Virus record (IMG/VR): IMGVR_UViG_3300015245_000004
Coordinates: 1 to 64,000 of that record
From: a virus
Strand: one strand, 5' to 3'
Length of the DNA: 64,000 bases
Below are positions 51,278 through 59,633 of this stretch, in pieces; position 1 is the first letter of the stretch; the number at the start of each line of letters is the position of its first letter. The notes below the pieces were generated by a model. That model was not told the DNA's origin and made no database searches. It saw nothing but the letters and a program-made list of their open reading frames with translations. The position numbers and the translations under genes are program-made.

Positions 51278-51325
51278 CCCCGCCTACCAAAAACTATAAA
51301 CCGGATTGCCCCAAGGAGTTTTGCG

Positions 51326-51583
51326 ATGAAAAAGATCGTGGAAATCGACCTCAAAGAAGGTCTTGAAAAACTGCTAGGCAAGCGGATTACTTTGTTCTGC
51401 TGCCGCTACATCTACACCGGTATACTGTCCGGCGTAAACGAAAACGACGTGCTACTCACCGACCCGGCCATCGTGTATGAAACTGGGCCGCTCACTTCGG
51501 GCGACTGGAAGGACGTGCAAAAACTGCCGCACGACTGGTACGTGCGCATCGACGCCGTGGAGTCTTACGGAGAACTAAAGTGA
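51326..51583 (+). CDS. Hypothetical small protein
   Basis: 85-aa ORF with an AGGAG-like RBS (ccaaggagttttgcgATG). Confidence 0.45.
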   Translation: MKKIVEIDLKEGLEKLLGKRITLFCCRYIYTGILSGVNENDVLLTDPAIVYETGPLTSGDWKDVQKLPHDWYVRIDAVESYGELK

Positions 51584-51588
51584 ACGCA

Positions 51589-51744
51589 ATGAAGAAATAC
51601 TGGTCGCAGTTGGAGTCGCGGTCGGGGTCGCAGTCGCAGTCGCGGTCGGGGTCGCAGTCGCAGTCAGGATCGCGGTCGTGGTCGTGGTCGCGGTCGCGGT
51701 CGTGGTCGTGGTCGCGGTCGGGGTCGGGGTCGCCATCGAAATGA
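51589..51744 (+). CDS. Candidate 51-aa alternating-serine (S-x)n peptide encoded by the hexamer repeat (not in the ORF track)
   Basis: MKKYWSQLESRSGSQSQSRSGSQSQSGSRSWSWSRSRSWSWSRSGSGSPSK. It starts 6 nt after the upstream stop, and its TGA overlaps the ATG at 51741 (ATGA). The coding status is uncertain because all frames are open across the repeat. Confidence 0.3.
   Translation: MKKYWSQLESRSGSQSQSRSGSQSQSGSRSWSWSRSRSWSWSRSGSGSPSK
51603..51733. repeat. Hexanucleotide tandem repeat (GTCGNN), about 22 units
   Basis: GTCGCA/GTCGCG/GTCGGG/GTCGTG units run uninterrupted apart from gttgga and gtcagg/atcgcg variants. The repeat generates (S-x)n, (V-x)n and (R/G-x)n in the three plus frames and (D-x)n on the minus strand. 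Confidence 0.85.
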
Positions 51745-52316
51745 TCGCCGCCTACCAACAACGCGCCGCAACCCTAATGACGGCCCGAAATACAGCCATA
51801 GCCGCCGTTAGGGCCGAACGGGCCGCCCTAGACGCCGCCGTCGCGGCTACGGGGCACGTGGGGGCCGCCCAGGCCATAATTCAGGCCCTAGCCAAGTCCA
51901 CCCAGGAGGTCGCACATGCTCGTATTGCCGGTATCGTTACTCGGTGCCTCGCCGGCATCTTCGACCAACCATACGGATTTGCCATCCGATTCGACCGCGC
52001 CGCCGGTAAGACCGCCGCTCGTTTGGTATTCACTCGCAGCGGCCACGAGTACACCGCCGATGACGTTGGCGGTGGTGTGGTGGACGTGGCGAGCTTTGCC
52101 CTGCGCCTTGCGGCCCTCCTACTAATGAAGCCTGCGCCGCGCCGGTTACTTGTAGCCGATGAACCCTTCAAGCACGTAAGCAGAAACTACCTGCCGCGTA
52201 TCCGCGAAATGATCGAAACCCTAGCCCGCGAAATGTCCGTCCAGTTCATCATAGTAACCCACTCGGAGCTCCTTCGCGCCGGGCGGGTCATTGAAGTTAC
52301 CCCCGAAGTCGAATAA
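51741..52316 (+). CDS. Rad50/SbcC-like ATPase, C-terminal half (signature motif, Walker B, H-loop)
   Basis: ATG at 51741 (MIAAYQQRAATL...). Coiled coil, then a signature-like DDVGGGVVDVASFALRLA, Walker B RRLLVADEPF, and H-loop FIIVTHS. An alternative GTG at 51678 would add a V/A-rich repeat-encoded N-terminus. Confidence 0.7.
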   Translation: MIAAYQQRAATLMTARNTAIAAVRAERAALDAAVAATGHVGAAQAIIQALAKSTQEVAHARIAGIVTRCLAGIFDQPYGFAIRFDRAAGKTAARLVFTRSGHEYTADDVGGGVVDVASFALRLAALLLMKPAPRRLLVADEPFKHVSRNYLPRIREMIETLAREMSVQFIIVTHSELLRAGRVIEVTPEVE

Positions 52317-53031
52317 GTTTACTGATGTCGTGCTCCATATGTCCGGCCGCCTTGTACTTAGCGTATGCCTCATTGTCCGCCCGGTTCTGCTCGGCACTGT
52401 TACACTCGTCGTAAAGAGCATCCCCAGCCGCTTTGCCCACGCTCGGGTGCATGTGCTCAATGATCACATCATGCAGGTAAGTTATCCTTCGCATCCCCCG
52501 GCCCCACTCCTTCCACACCACATCCAAATTCAGGTGGGTTAGCGACGGCGGCGCAAAGTATCCCAGTGTTTTGACAATGTCCGATGTCATGGCCACGGCC
52601 GTTGGCAGTCGCTCGCCCTGCAGTAGGTCATTTCCGTAGACGATACCTGGGCCGGCACTCAGACACTCGACGAACCGCCGATCCCAGCCGGCGCTGCGAG
52701 GCCGGTGATCATCACCCATAAACGCCAGTACTTTGTAGTTATCAACATTGGCGAGGGCCGCCTTGTTCAGCGAGCCACATAACCGCAAACGCGGCCCCAC
52801 GTCTATGCTAAACGAGCGGCAGAAAAACGAGGGAATACTTTCTACCGCCGCCTCATACCAAGAACGTTGAATATCATCCTTATCAACACAGAAAATAAAG
52901 TCGGCCTTTGCGCCGGTGTCTATCCACGCGCCTACCATACCCCATACCGACCGGGGCCGCCCCCGCGACGGCACGATAACTAACAAGTCCTTCGGAGCAC
53001 CTTTTGGTGCAGCGGGTTCTTTTGTTTCCAT
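52297..53031 (-). CDS. Putative glycosyltransferase (GT-A-like)
   Basis: 244 aa. DLLVIVPSRGRPRSVWGMVGAW...DFIFCVDKDD and ...LAFMGDDHRP are typical of small phage GT-A enzymes. Confidence 0.5.
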   Translation of the reverse strand: METKEPAAPKGAPKDLLVIVPSRGRPRSVWGMVGAWIDTGAKADFIFCVDKDDIQRSWYEAAVESIPSFFCRSFSIDVGPRLRLCGSLNKAALANVDNYKVLAFMGDDHRPRSAGWDRRFVECLSAGPGIVYGNDLLQGERLPTAVAMTSDIVKTLGYFAPPSLTHLNLDVVWKEWGRGMRRITYLHDVIIEHMHPSVGKAAGDALYDECNSAEQNRADNEAYAKYKAAGHMEHDISKLIRLRG

Positions 53032-54353
53032 TCCTCAAAGTACCTCCAGGCCAAGTCTTCGCCCGGTAGCCGGCGGTTACGCGCCGGCGGGGCCGAGAAC
53101 ACCCCAAGCCGGGCGAACTTACGCGCGGCCCGGTGGATAAACAACACCCGGCCGTCCGGGCCGTAATACCAGAACACCCCACGCTCGTACTCGCACTGCT
53201 CGGCGTACATATGCCACGGCGCGGCCATCTTGGCAATGGCCGCCCGCATTTGATCCTGATCTCCGTAACCCCCGAGCCCGTGCGTGTACTCATACCAAAG
53301 GTCGCTGTGCTGATCGTAGTGGTAAGCTAAGTTCAAAACCGGCCACGCCCGCGCCGTATCGAATACGTAGTGGCCGCCGCTGATTGGTGGTGGTGCCTTT
53401 TTCCAGTCAATACCCGGCCCGTAACTCGGCTTCTGAATCCACCCATCGGTAAACGTTCGGTCGGGAAACACCACAACACCGGTCGGGTTATGATCAAAGC
53501 AGGTTTCCAGGTTGTAGACCGGGTAAGCGTCAGCATCAATAAACATAAACTCGGCAAACCGAGTTTCCCGCATGGCCGCCGTTTTCGAGGCCCAGCCGCC
53601 GCGCACACGCAGGTCGGGAATGGCCGCCGCATTCTTCACTACAACGCCCGGCAGCGCCCGCACCGAAGGGGAAACCACCTCGCCGGGGCCGGTCCATATT
53701 TCCACCGGCAGGGCACAGCCGAAGTGTCGGACCATCCGCACCATAACAAACAAGCTCGGGTCGTACCGGCCGCCGCCGCAAGTAACTATACCGCGCCCGG
53801 TTAGGTTGCCTGGAACCGGAGGACAGTTAGACACCGCCCGGTCAGCCATATCCTGCAGAACCCGGCGGGTGGTTTTCGACCGCAGCGTGGCCTCGGGCCA
53901 CTTACCGAGACCGGCGGCAATGTCACGCGCTAAGGCCGCCGGGTCCAGATCATCGGCTCCGGTATCATAATCCCGGCACTGGGCCGCCGTATTTAGGCCA
54001 CAGCACGCCGCTCCGTCGTATTTGACCGCCAGGGTACATACCACATGTAGGTCGCACCTACGGGCCGTTTTGCCCGAGCAAAGGCAGCTCGCGCCGGCCG
54101 GGTCTTGGCGAGGCCGTAGCTCGTCACCCAAATGAATACAAACCCCCGACGGTACAGCCCCGGCTACCGAACGGCCCTTGGCAACGCGTGACGTGCGTTG
54201 CTTTTCCATTGGCCACTCGGCCGGGTCAATGCCCGCAAGGTGAAGACGGAATCGGTGATTAGACTTACATTCGGCGTACAGCCCTTCGCTCATCAACTTG
54301 CCGGTGTGCGAACACTGCCCCGGCGCGGAACATTCGCAGCGGTTCGGAAACAT
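52980..54353 (-). CDS. GT-A glycosyltransferase, mannosyltransferase-like (DxD), with Cys-rich N-terminal region
   Basis: Trimmed to the ATG at 54353 (MFPNRCECSAPGQC...), which overlaps the upstream stop. Core GRGIVTCGGGRYDPSLFVMVRMVRHFGCALPVEIW...GGWASKTAAMRETRFAEFMFIDADAYPV...GVVVFPD. Confidence 0.6.
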   Translation of the reverse strand: MFPNRCECSAPGQCSHTGKLMSEGLYAECKSNHRFRLHLAGIDPAEWPMEKQRTSRVAKGRSVAGAVPSGVCIHLGDELRPRQDPAGASCLCSGKTARRCDLHVVCTLAVKYDGAACCGLNTAAQCRDYDTGADDLDPAALARDIAAGLGKWPEATLRSKTTRRVLQDMADRAVSNCPPVPGNLTGRGIVTCGGGRYDPSLFVMVRMVRHFGCALPVEIWTGPGEVVSPSVRALPGVVVKNAAAIPDLRVRGGWASKTAAMRETRFAEFMFIDADAYPVYNLETCFDHNPTGVVVFPDRTFTDGWIQKPSYGPGIDWKKAPPPISGGHYVFDTARAWPVLNLAYHYDQHSDLWYEYTHGLGGYGDQDQMRAAIAKMAAPWHMYAEQCEYERGVFWYYGPDGRVLFIHRAARKFARLGVFSAPPARNRRLPGEDLAWRYFEEWKQKNPLHQKVLRRTC

Positions 54354-55240
54354 CAGCCGCCGTTGAGGGAAATGGTTGGCGTGCCGCCACAACAGGCCAA
54401 CGTTGTGTGGCCGGATGGAGCAGAATTCGACAGACCAGTAAGCACAACTGAACCGGTATTGCATCCACCAGGGACAAACCCTCCTGTGCAACCGAGTCCA
54501 GCAAAAGGTGCAGAATCAAGCGCGCCTATAACGCTGGCATGTGATCCGGTCGCATAAGTGCCGCCCCAGTATTCACCCGATCCGCACGCCGGTGCGCCAG
54601 GAACGCCGACACCACGAAAGCGAACAATGTAAAGTGACACCGCATCAACCGATAAAGTAACCCCGCTCGCCGATGCGGGAATATCAAGACAGGCTTTACC
54701 CGTGATTCCGTGGTAAACGTGGATCAAATAAGAAACATCGCAGCAAGTGCTGAAAAGCGCCGCCTGCCCGCTGCAATTGAGTGTGCCAACAAATCGAAAC
54801 TTAAGCTCCTGAGTCGCGGGCGACGCGCACCCGGTCGCTACTGTCAAGGGGCAGCCAACATAAGTTGGGCTGAGCCCGAGCGAGTCTACTATATCGTTTA
54901 TTGTAAGATTGCCGTGCTGATAAAACGCGCAGCACTCATCAGCCGCAATACACCGCCGCGCCAGCGTGTATGTGGTGTTAGTAATCGCTAACTCCCACGT
55001 CCGCGCGCCGGTCGGGTCAAGGAACGTGCAAGTGCCAACATCGCAGGGATTAAGGGAACCATCGGAACCGCCGATATTAAGGAAGCCAACGGTATTCGGA
55101 TAGATGCAATCGATGAGACCCTTATAACCCATCGTCAACGCCCCCGGCGCGGTCCATGATGTGCCGCTGCACGTCAGCGGCACATCCGGTGGGTTTTCCG
55201 TCGGACAGCAAGGGCACGGGAGGGTAAGTGTATCCGGCAT
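54353..55240 (-). CDS. Cysteine-rich tail-module protein
   Basis: 295 aa starting MPDTLTLPCPCCPTENPP, with many further Cys residues spread along the chain. Last gene of the tail operon. Confidence 0.4.
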   Translation of the reverse strand: MPDTLTLPCPCCPTENPPDVPLTCSGTSWTAPGALTMGYKGLIDCIYPNTVGFLNIGGSDGSLNPCDVGTCTFLDPTGARTWELAITNTTYTLARRCIAADECCAFYQHGNLTINDIVDSLGLSPTYVGCPLTVATGCASPATQELKFRFVGTLNCSGQAALFSTCCDVSYLIHVYHGITGKACLDIPASASGVTLSVDAVSLYIVRFRGVGVPGAPACGSGEYWGGTYATGSHASVIGALDSAPFAGLGCTGGFVPGGCNTGSVVLTGLSNSAPSGHTTLACCGGTPTISLNGG

Positions 55241-55244
55241 GAAA

Positions 55245-55925
55245 CTATGGCTCGGTGACTATGTTGCCATCCGAGTCAAAGGGGGTGAGCCGTAAGTTAT
55301 CAAAGGGGTTGCCCTCAGCATCGGTAATCTTGAGGCACACATCCTGGATCTGCGTACCATCCTCGGAGCACTGAATCAACTGTGAAAGCGGGGTGCCGCC
55401 CGAGCAGGTATCATCACCGCTCGCCGAGCCAGTGATCCGCCCGGTATTACGGCCTAGTAATGATGATGCCGTGGCCGCAAATATCCACTCCTCAATCCAC
55501 TCCTCACGCTCATCATCCCACCAGGACCGCCATCGTGTCAACCACTGTGTTGAATCATCGGTCGCTGTGTTATTATCAACCTCGTAGGCTACTACCGTAT
55601 CCCCATCACCCGCATAACTCTGGTCATCGAACTCGGCCGTTTCCCCGCACGCCTCCGGTGTTAGCTCCTGAAAGGCGTAGCGGTTCTTACCGCTACACTG
55701 CTCCGACACCGCAAGGCCGGAGGCCGATCCCGTGTCGGCAACTAGCCATATCCGCGCCCAGAACCCATCGGGGGGCTTGGGAATGACAAAGCGGTAACCA
55801 CCCGGCCCCTGGGTAGACTCGCCGCCCTCGATCTCGAACTGCTGGTACGCCTGCCGCGCTACATCATTCAGCCGGTCGAAGTTGAGAGTCGGCTTGACAA
55901 ACTCGGGGGGCTGACCCGTCATCAT
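55245..55925 (-). CDS. Hypothetical tail-module protein
   Basis: 226-aa acidic, W-rich ORF downstream of the tape measure. Confidence 0.4.
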   Translation of the reverse strand: MMTGQPPEFVKPTLNFDRLNDVARQAYQQFEIEGGESTQGPGGYRFVIPKPPDGFWARIWLVADTGSASGLAVSEQCSGKNRYAFQELTPEACGETAEFDDQSYAGDGDTVVAYEVDNNTATDDSTQWLTRWRSWWDDEREEWIEEWIFAATASSLLGRNTGRITGSASGDDTCSGGTPLSQLIQCSEDGTQIQDVCLKITDAEGNPFDNLRLTPFDSDGNIVTEP

Positions 55926-55927
55926 GG

Positions 55928-56959
55928 CTAAATCGCCCTGGGGTCAAACAAAAACTGCAAGCCTTTTATCGTGGTGCCGCCACCGCCCGCCGCGCTCGGA
56001 AAAATATCCTCATCATACCAGTAAATACCACGCTCGCCAGATGCGTAGGCCGGATGTACCGTTCCCGGCACACTGAACAGCGGATGGTTGATCATTCGTT
56101 CCCAGTAGCCCTTCTCCGGGTTATAGATACGGTTCCACCCCACATAACTGCGGGTGCTGCCCCCATTCTCAGTATAATCGTAAATCAGCCGAAGCGAGAA
56201 CTTATAGGTGATCTCGTAATACTGCAGACCTTGAGCCGTGGTCAAACGGCGCGATGCCGAGGCCCCGTCGAACCGCACGCACTCGGCCGGGATGATGGTA
56301 TTGACCATCCGAAATGCGCTGAGGTTGATCGTGTCCTGCAGACCAGAAATAGTACCGATGGGAATTTTGAGAACCCGGTGCCGCGTAAGCTGCGTCCGCG
56401 TTTCCGACAGATTCTTGGTGACCTGAAAATCCTTCTGCCGCTTCGGAACGCCGTTGTTGATCCACTTGTAAAACTCATTAAGTAGCGTCAGCCGCTGGCC
56501 GCCAAAATCCCAGGACTCCGAGGCGATATCCATCTGCTGGTCGGCATTACCACCATCATTAGTCTGATCCTCGGTAAGGGTTGGCAACGAGTAGGACGCA
56601 GTAACAACCGCCGAGCCCACCAGACCACTTGCCCCATTACCATCCCTGAGCGGCACCGGAATGCGAAACAGACCAAGCGGGCCAGTAACCACGGAGTTGG
56701 GAATGTATCCCATTTTCTCCTTCGGCACAATCTCAAGATCGGTACAGCGCGACCAGGGAAATAACGGGTGGGAGACCGGCTGAACGTAGAGAAGGGTATT
56801 GCCGCCAAAGAGTCGGTAGCCGCCCAGCATATCGTACATCAGTGCGACAATTTGATCATATGGGTCGCAGTACATCGACCGCTTGATGGTAAGTGACCCC
56901 CGGCCCGCCTGCTGCGTGGCCTGGATAGTTGTTTCAATGTCCTTGATGTGATAGGTCAT
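55928..56959 (-). CDS. Hypothetical distal-tail/baseplate-position protein
   Basis: 343-aa ORF two genes after the tape measure. Called from position only. Confidence 0.4.
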   Translation of the reverse strand: MTYHIKDIETTIQATQQAGRGSLTIKRSMYCDPYDQIVALMYDMLGGYRLFGGNTLLYVQPVSHPLFPWSRCTDLEIVPKEKMGYIPNSVVTGPLGLFRIPVPLRDGNGASGLVGSAVVTASYSLPTLTEDQTNDGGNADQQMDIASESWDFGGQRLTLLNEFYKWINNGVPKRQKDFQVTKNLSETRTQLTRHRVLKIPIGTISGLQDTINLSAFRMVNTIIPAECVRFDGASASRRLTTAQGLQYYEITYKFSLRLIYDYTENGGSTRSYVGWNRIYNPEKGYWERMINHPLFSVPGTVHPAYASGERGIYWYDEDIFPSAAGGGGTTIKGLQFLFDPRAI

Positions 56960-57135
56960 AGCTTGTCATTAATTCGATTGATGTGATAAGTTACGTACTC
57001 ACCAACAATGAGGATAGACACCGATACAAACAAGGTAGCAGCAATGACCTGGTCAAACGCTGTTTGCCAGTGATACCACCGCCAGCTAGCATAAAACGCT
57101 AACGGCAGCGCCAGAATCAATAGTAATCCCCTCAT
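56956..57135 (-). CDS. 59-aa two-helix membrane micro-protein (not in the ORF track)
   Basis: MRGLLLILALPLAFYASWRWYHWQTAFDQVIAATLFVSVSILIVGEYVTYHINRINDKL. ATGA overlaps with the tape-measure stop (57132-57135) and with the next gene's start (56956-56959). Confidence 0.35.
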   Translation of the reverse strand: MRGLLLILALPLAFYASWRWYHWQTAFDQVIAATLFVSVSILIVGEYVTYHINRINDKL

Positions 57136-58505
57136 TCCGCAACCACCCTATTATCTGCCTTAGTATTATCAGCAATTTTCTGGAGGCGATCATTAGCATT
57201 TCGCGCCTCCTCAAGTTGGGCTTTGGCAATATCAAGCGGGTCTTGATTTGCCGCCGCAAGCTGCAGCCGATTGGTAGTAGCATCGCCTGACTCGAACGTT
57301 GCCGTTCCCCGACCAAACCCAATATCCCGCTCGCCTGCCTTCATAACCCTGCCCCACGCCGCCCGAATGGCCGCCCAGGGATCGTCGGCCGGGGCGCGGT
57401 TTCCCTTTCGCCCGGCAAAGTCCACTGGGTTGCCGTCAGGACCAAGTATCTCCCCATTGGGTCCACGTTTCTCCCCCTTATCGGCCCGTGGCGGCCGGGC
57501 GGCGAACCCAGCATCCGGCAGCATGCCCGGCGCGTCATTACGAAGGAAGTTCTCCGTATCCCGGTCCTCTGCCCGACGCTTGGCTGTCTTAGTTATTTCA
57601 CTGTACATCTTATCAGACATAACACCCAGCTTGTTTGCCGCCGTGCTGAACGCAACGATCATATTGTCGCACATCTCCGTCCATGCCGACCAGAAGTTCT
57701 CAACACCTCGCTTCGCCGTATCCCAAAACGCCTCCAGGGCCTCCCCCACAGTCTTGAGGGCCGGGAACCATGACTCTACAAACGCACTAGCCCCCTGACC
57801 AAACACACCAAGCTGAACAAGCAGTAAACCAATCGCCGCACCAACCGCCACTACAGCACCTATTAGGATCGTCCAGGGGGAAAGGGCAACTGCCACCACC
57901 GTACCAATAGCGCCAACGACAGCGGCGATGCCCGAAACGATTAGCGGTAAAGCCAATATGAACCCCGATATTGCCGTGACCACAAGCGCCCACTTAGTAA
58001 CCGAAATCTTCAACTCGTTGTTCAGACCTATCCAAAACTGGGTTAGTTCCTGCACAGCCTGCGTGGCCATACGAAAGTACGGCGCAAGCTTATCACCCAC
58101 TACCTCAGCCAGCCGCTCAATGGCCATGTGAAGCTGGTTCGCCTCAACGGTATCCCGCGAGGCCCCATAGAGAATACCACCAATGCCGGCGGCCCCGCCA
58201 ATAGCAGTGAATTGCGCCAACCGATAGAGACCACTGTTAGATATGGCGGTCGCGAGGCCCTGAATCTTCTGGTGGATTGTATCAAGCAAACGTGCCGGGG
58301 CCTGAAGGACAGCCGCCAGCGTTTTACCAAACTTATCTACAACGCTCGATGTTTTACCGAATGCCTCGGTAGCCCGGTTCGCGGACTTCTCTAAACCCTC
58401 CGCGCCGGCCAAGGCCTTGTCAAGCCCCTCCTCGATGAACTGAATCAGCCCCTTGGCGATGTACTGCGCCTCATTCATCGCTATTGAAAGGCTTGGCCAG
58501 ATCAA
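57132..58505 (-). CDS. Tail tape measure protein
   Basis: 457 aa, helical, with a central Gly/Ala/Val-rich hydrophobic block (ILALPLIVSGIAAVVGAIGTVVAVALSPWTILIGAVVAVGAAIGLLLV). It lies directly after the chaperone frameshift pair. The ATG at 58478 (MNEAQY...) is an alternative to the TTG at 58505. Confidence 0.6.
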   Translation of the reverse strand: MIWPSLSIAMNEAQYIAKGLIQFIEEGLDKALAGAEGLEKSANRATEAFGKTSSVVDKFGKTLAAVLQAPARLLDTIHQKIQGLATAISNSGLYRLAQFTAIGGAAGIGGILYGASRDTVEANQLHMAIERLAEVVGDKLAPYFRMATQAVQELTQFWIGLNNELKISVTKWALVVTAISGFILALPLIVSGIAAVVGAIGTVVAVALSPWTILIGAVVAVGAAIGLLLVQLGVFGQGASAFVESWFPALKTVGEALEAFWDTAKRGVENFWSAWTEMCDNMIVAFSTAANKLGVMSDKMYSEITKTAKRRAEDRDTENFLRNDAPGMLPDAGFAARPPRADKGEKRGPNGEILGPDGNPVDFAGRKGNRAPADDPWAAIRAAWGRVMKAGERDIGFGRGTATFESGDATTNRLQLAAANQDPLDIAKAQLEEARNANDRLQKIADNTKADNRVVAE

Positions 58506-59171
58506 CCCACTCGCCGGCCTTAACCTTTTCCTCCTCTAACGGATGTACCCAACCTGGAATATGGGGCATGGGCCGTCGAAACACGGCATCGATTTGGTTT
58601 AACGGGGTGCGAAAAAACAAGTACGGCTGCCAGCCGCCGGTCATGCCGGGCTCGCAACATCGGCTGGCGTACTCGGCCCAGTCGGTGTTGTAATGTTGCT
58701 TAACCAGACCAATAATGCAGGGTCTTTTTTTTGGGCGTCCCCCGACATGACTACGCCGAGCTTCGCCACCACCACCTCGACGCCAACCTTAACCACCAGA
58801 GCAATGCTGCTATCGAGGGTCATTTCCGGCTGCCGCGCGACCGCCAGTATGTACAACAGTAAGCCCGCCGCATCCGGCTCAAAGAACATATCGGCCGGCA
58901 GGTCTTGGAGATTATGTGCGCCGCCCCTCATCTGAATCTCAGCATCACATTTCACGGCGGCGGTAGCCATCGCGGCCCTAACCTCGGGGGCCAGGTTCGG
59001 ATAGGCGGCCATGCGATCCATTACCCGGTCAATCGGGGAGATGGTCTTTGCTTCTTTTTGTTTTTTCCTGACATACGCCACCAACATTGACAGCCCTTCA
59101 GGACTGGGGGTGTCAAGCAAATAAGTCCGGTCGCCAAGGCCAACGACGACCGGACCCGAATTCATAAACAT
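58471..59171 (-). CDS. Tail assembly chaperone, predicted -1 frameshift product (gpGT-like)
   Basis: After the A8 run, the -1 frame stays open for 84 sense codons (RPCIIGLVKQHYNTDWAEY...WVDLAKPFNSDE). It stops at TGA 58471-58473, overlapping the tape-measure start region. Confidence 0.55.
58641..59171 (-). CDS. Tail assembly chaperone (gpG-like, frame 0 product)
   Basis: 176-aa ORF immediately upstream of the tape measure. Contains the slippery run CAA AAA AAA near its 3' end. Confidence 0.6.
   Translation of the reverse strand: MFMNSGPVVVGLGDRTYLLDTPSPEGLSMLVAYVRKKQKEAKTISPIDRVMDRMAAYPNLAPEVRAAMATAAVKCDAEIQMRGGAHNLQDLPADMFFEPDAAGLLLYILAVARQPEMTLDSSIALVVKVGVEVVVAKLGVVMSGDAQKKDPALLVWLSNITTPTGPSTPADVASPA
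58725..58732 (-). promoter_or_regulatory. Slippery sequence A AAA AAA for -1 programmed ribosomal frameshifting
   Basis: An eight-A run on the coding strand (T8 on the plus strand), in frame as CAA AAA AAA GAC. Confidence 0.55.
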
Positions 59172-59189
59172 GCGAAGAGCTCCTTGAAC

Positions 59190-59624
59190 CTAGTCGGACC
59201 AGGTTCCGAGCGCCGGCTTGGCGGCCTGCGCATTTGCCGTCACATCGTAGGTGCTAAACCCATTGGGGTCGCAGCCTACCAGATCAATATCAAGGATGCG
59301 GAAGAGCCAGGTATTGGTGCCGTCGCCATAGCACTTCAATGAACCCACACGGAGCGAGGCATAGGCCGTCGAGCCCTCTAACAACCCCACAGCGGTCAGC
59401 ACCGACTCATCCGGCTGGAACCCCGTGCTGACATAGACCTGAAACTTCAGCGTATACTGCCGGCCAATCGGGGCCATTGTATTGATGCCGGACGTCTCGG
59501 CATTCATGTCCGACTTGGACATCGAGCTACTGGTAAGCCGCCAGTTAAATACACGGACGTGCTGGTTGCCGAAGCGTAACTTGCCCTGCGCACCAGACTC
59601 TGTTTCGCCTGTTTGGCTTGCCAT
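59190..59624 (-). CDS. Tail-module structural protein (candidate major tail/tube protein)
   Basis: 144-aa ORF directly upstream of the chaperone gene. Called from position. Confidence 0.4.
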   Translation of the reverse strand: MASQTGETESGAQGKLRFGNQHVRVFNWRLTSSSMSKSDMNAETSGINTMAPIGRQYTLKFQVYVSTGFQPDESVLTAVGLLEGSTAYASLRVGSLKCYGDGTNTWLFRILDIDLVGCDPNGFSTYDVTANAQAAKPALGTWSD

Positions 59625-59633
59625 TGCTGCCCC

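Noticed and set aside
51492-51761. Minus-strand (D-x)n ORF over the hexamer repeat
   Set aside because: All neighbouring genes are on the plus strand, and this ORF has no start context. It is treated as a repeat artefact, and the repeat itself is reported.
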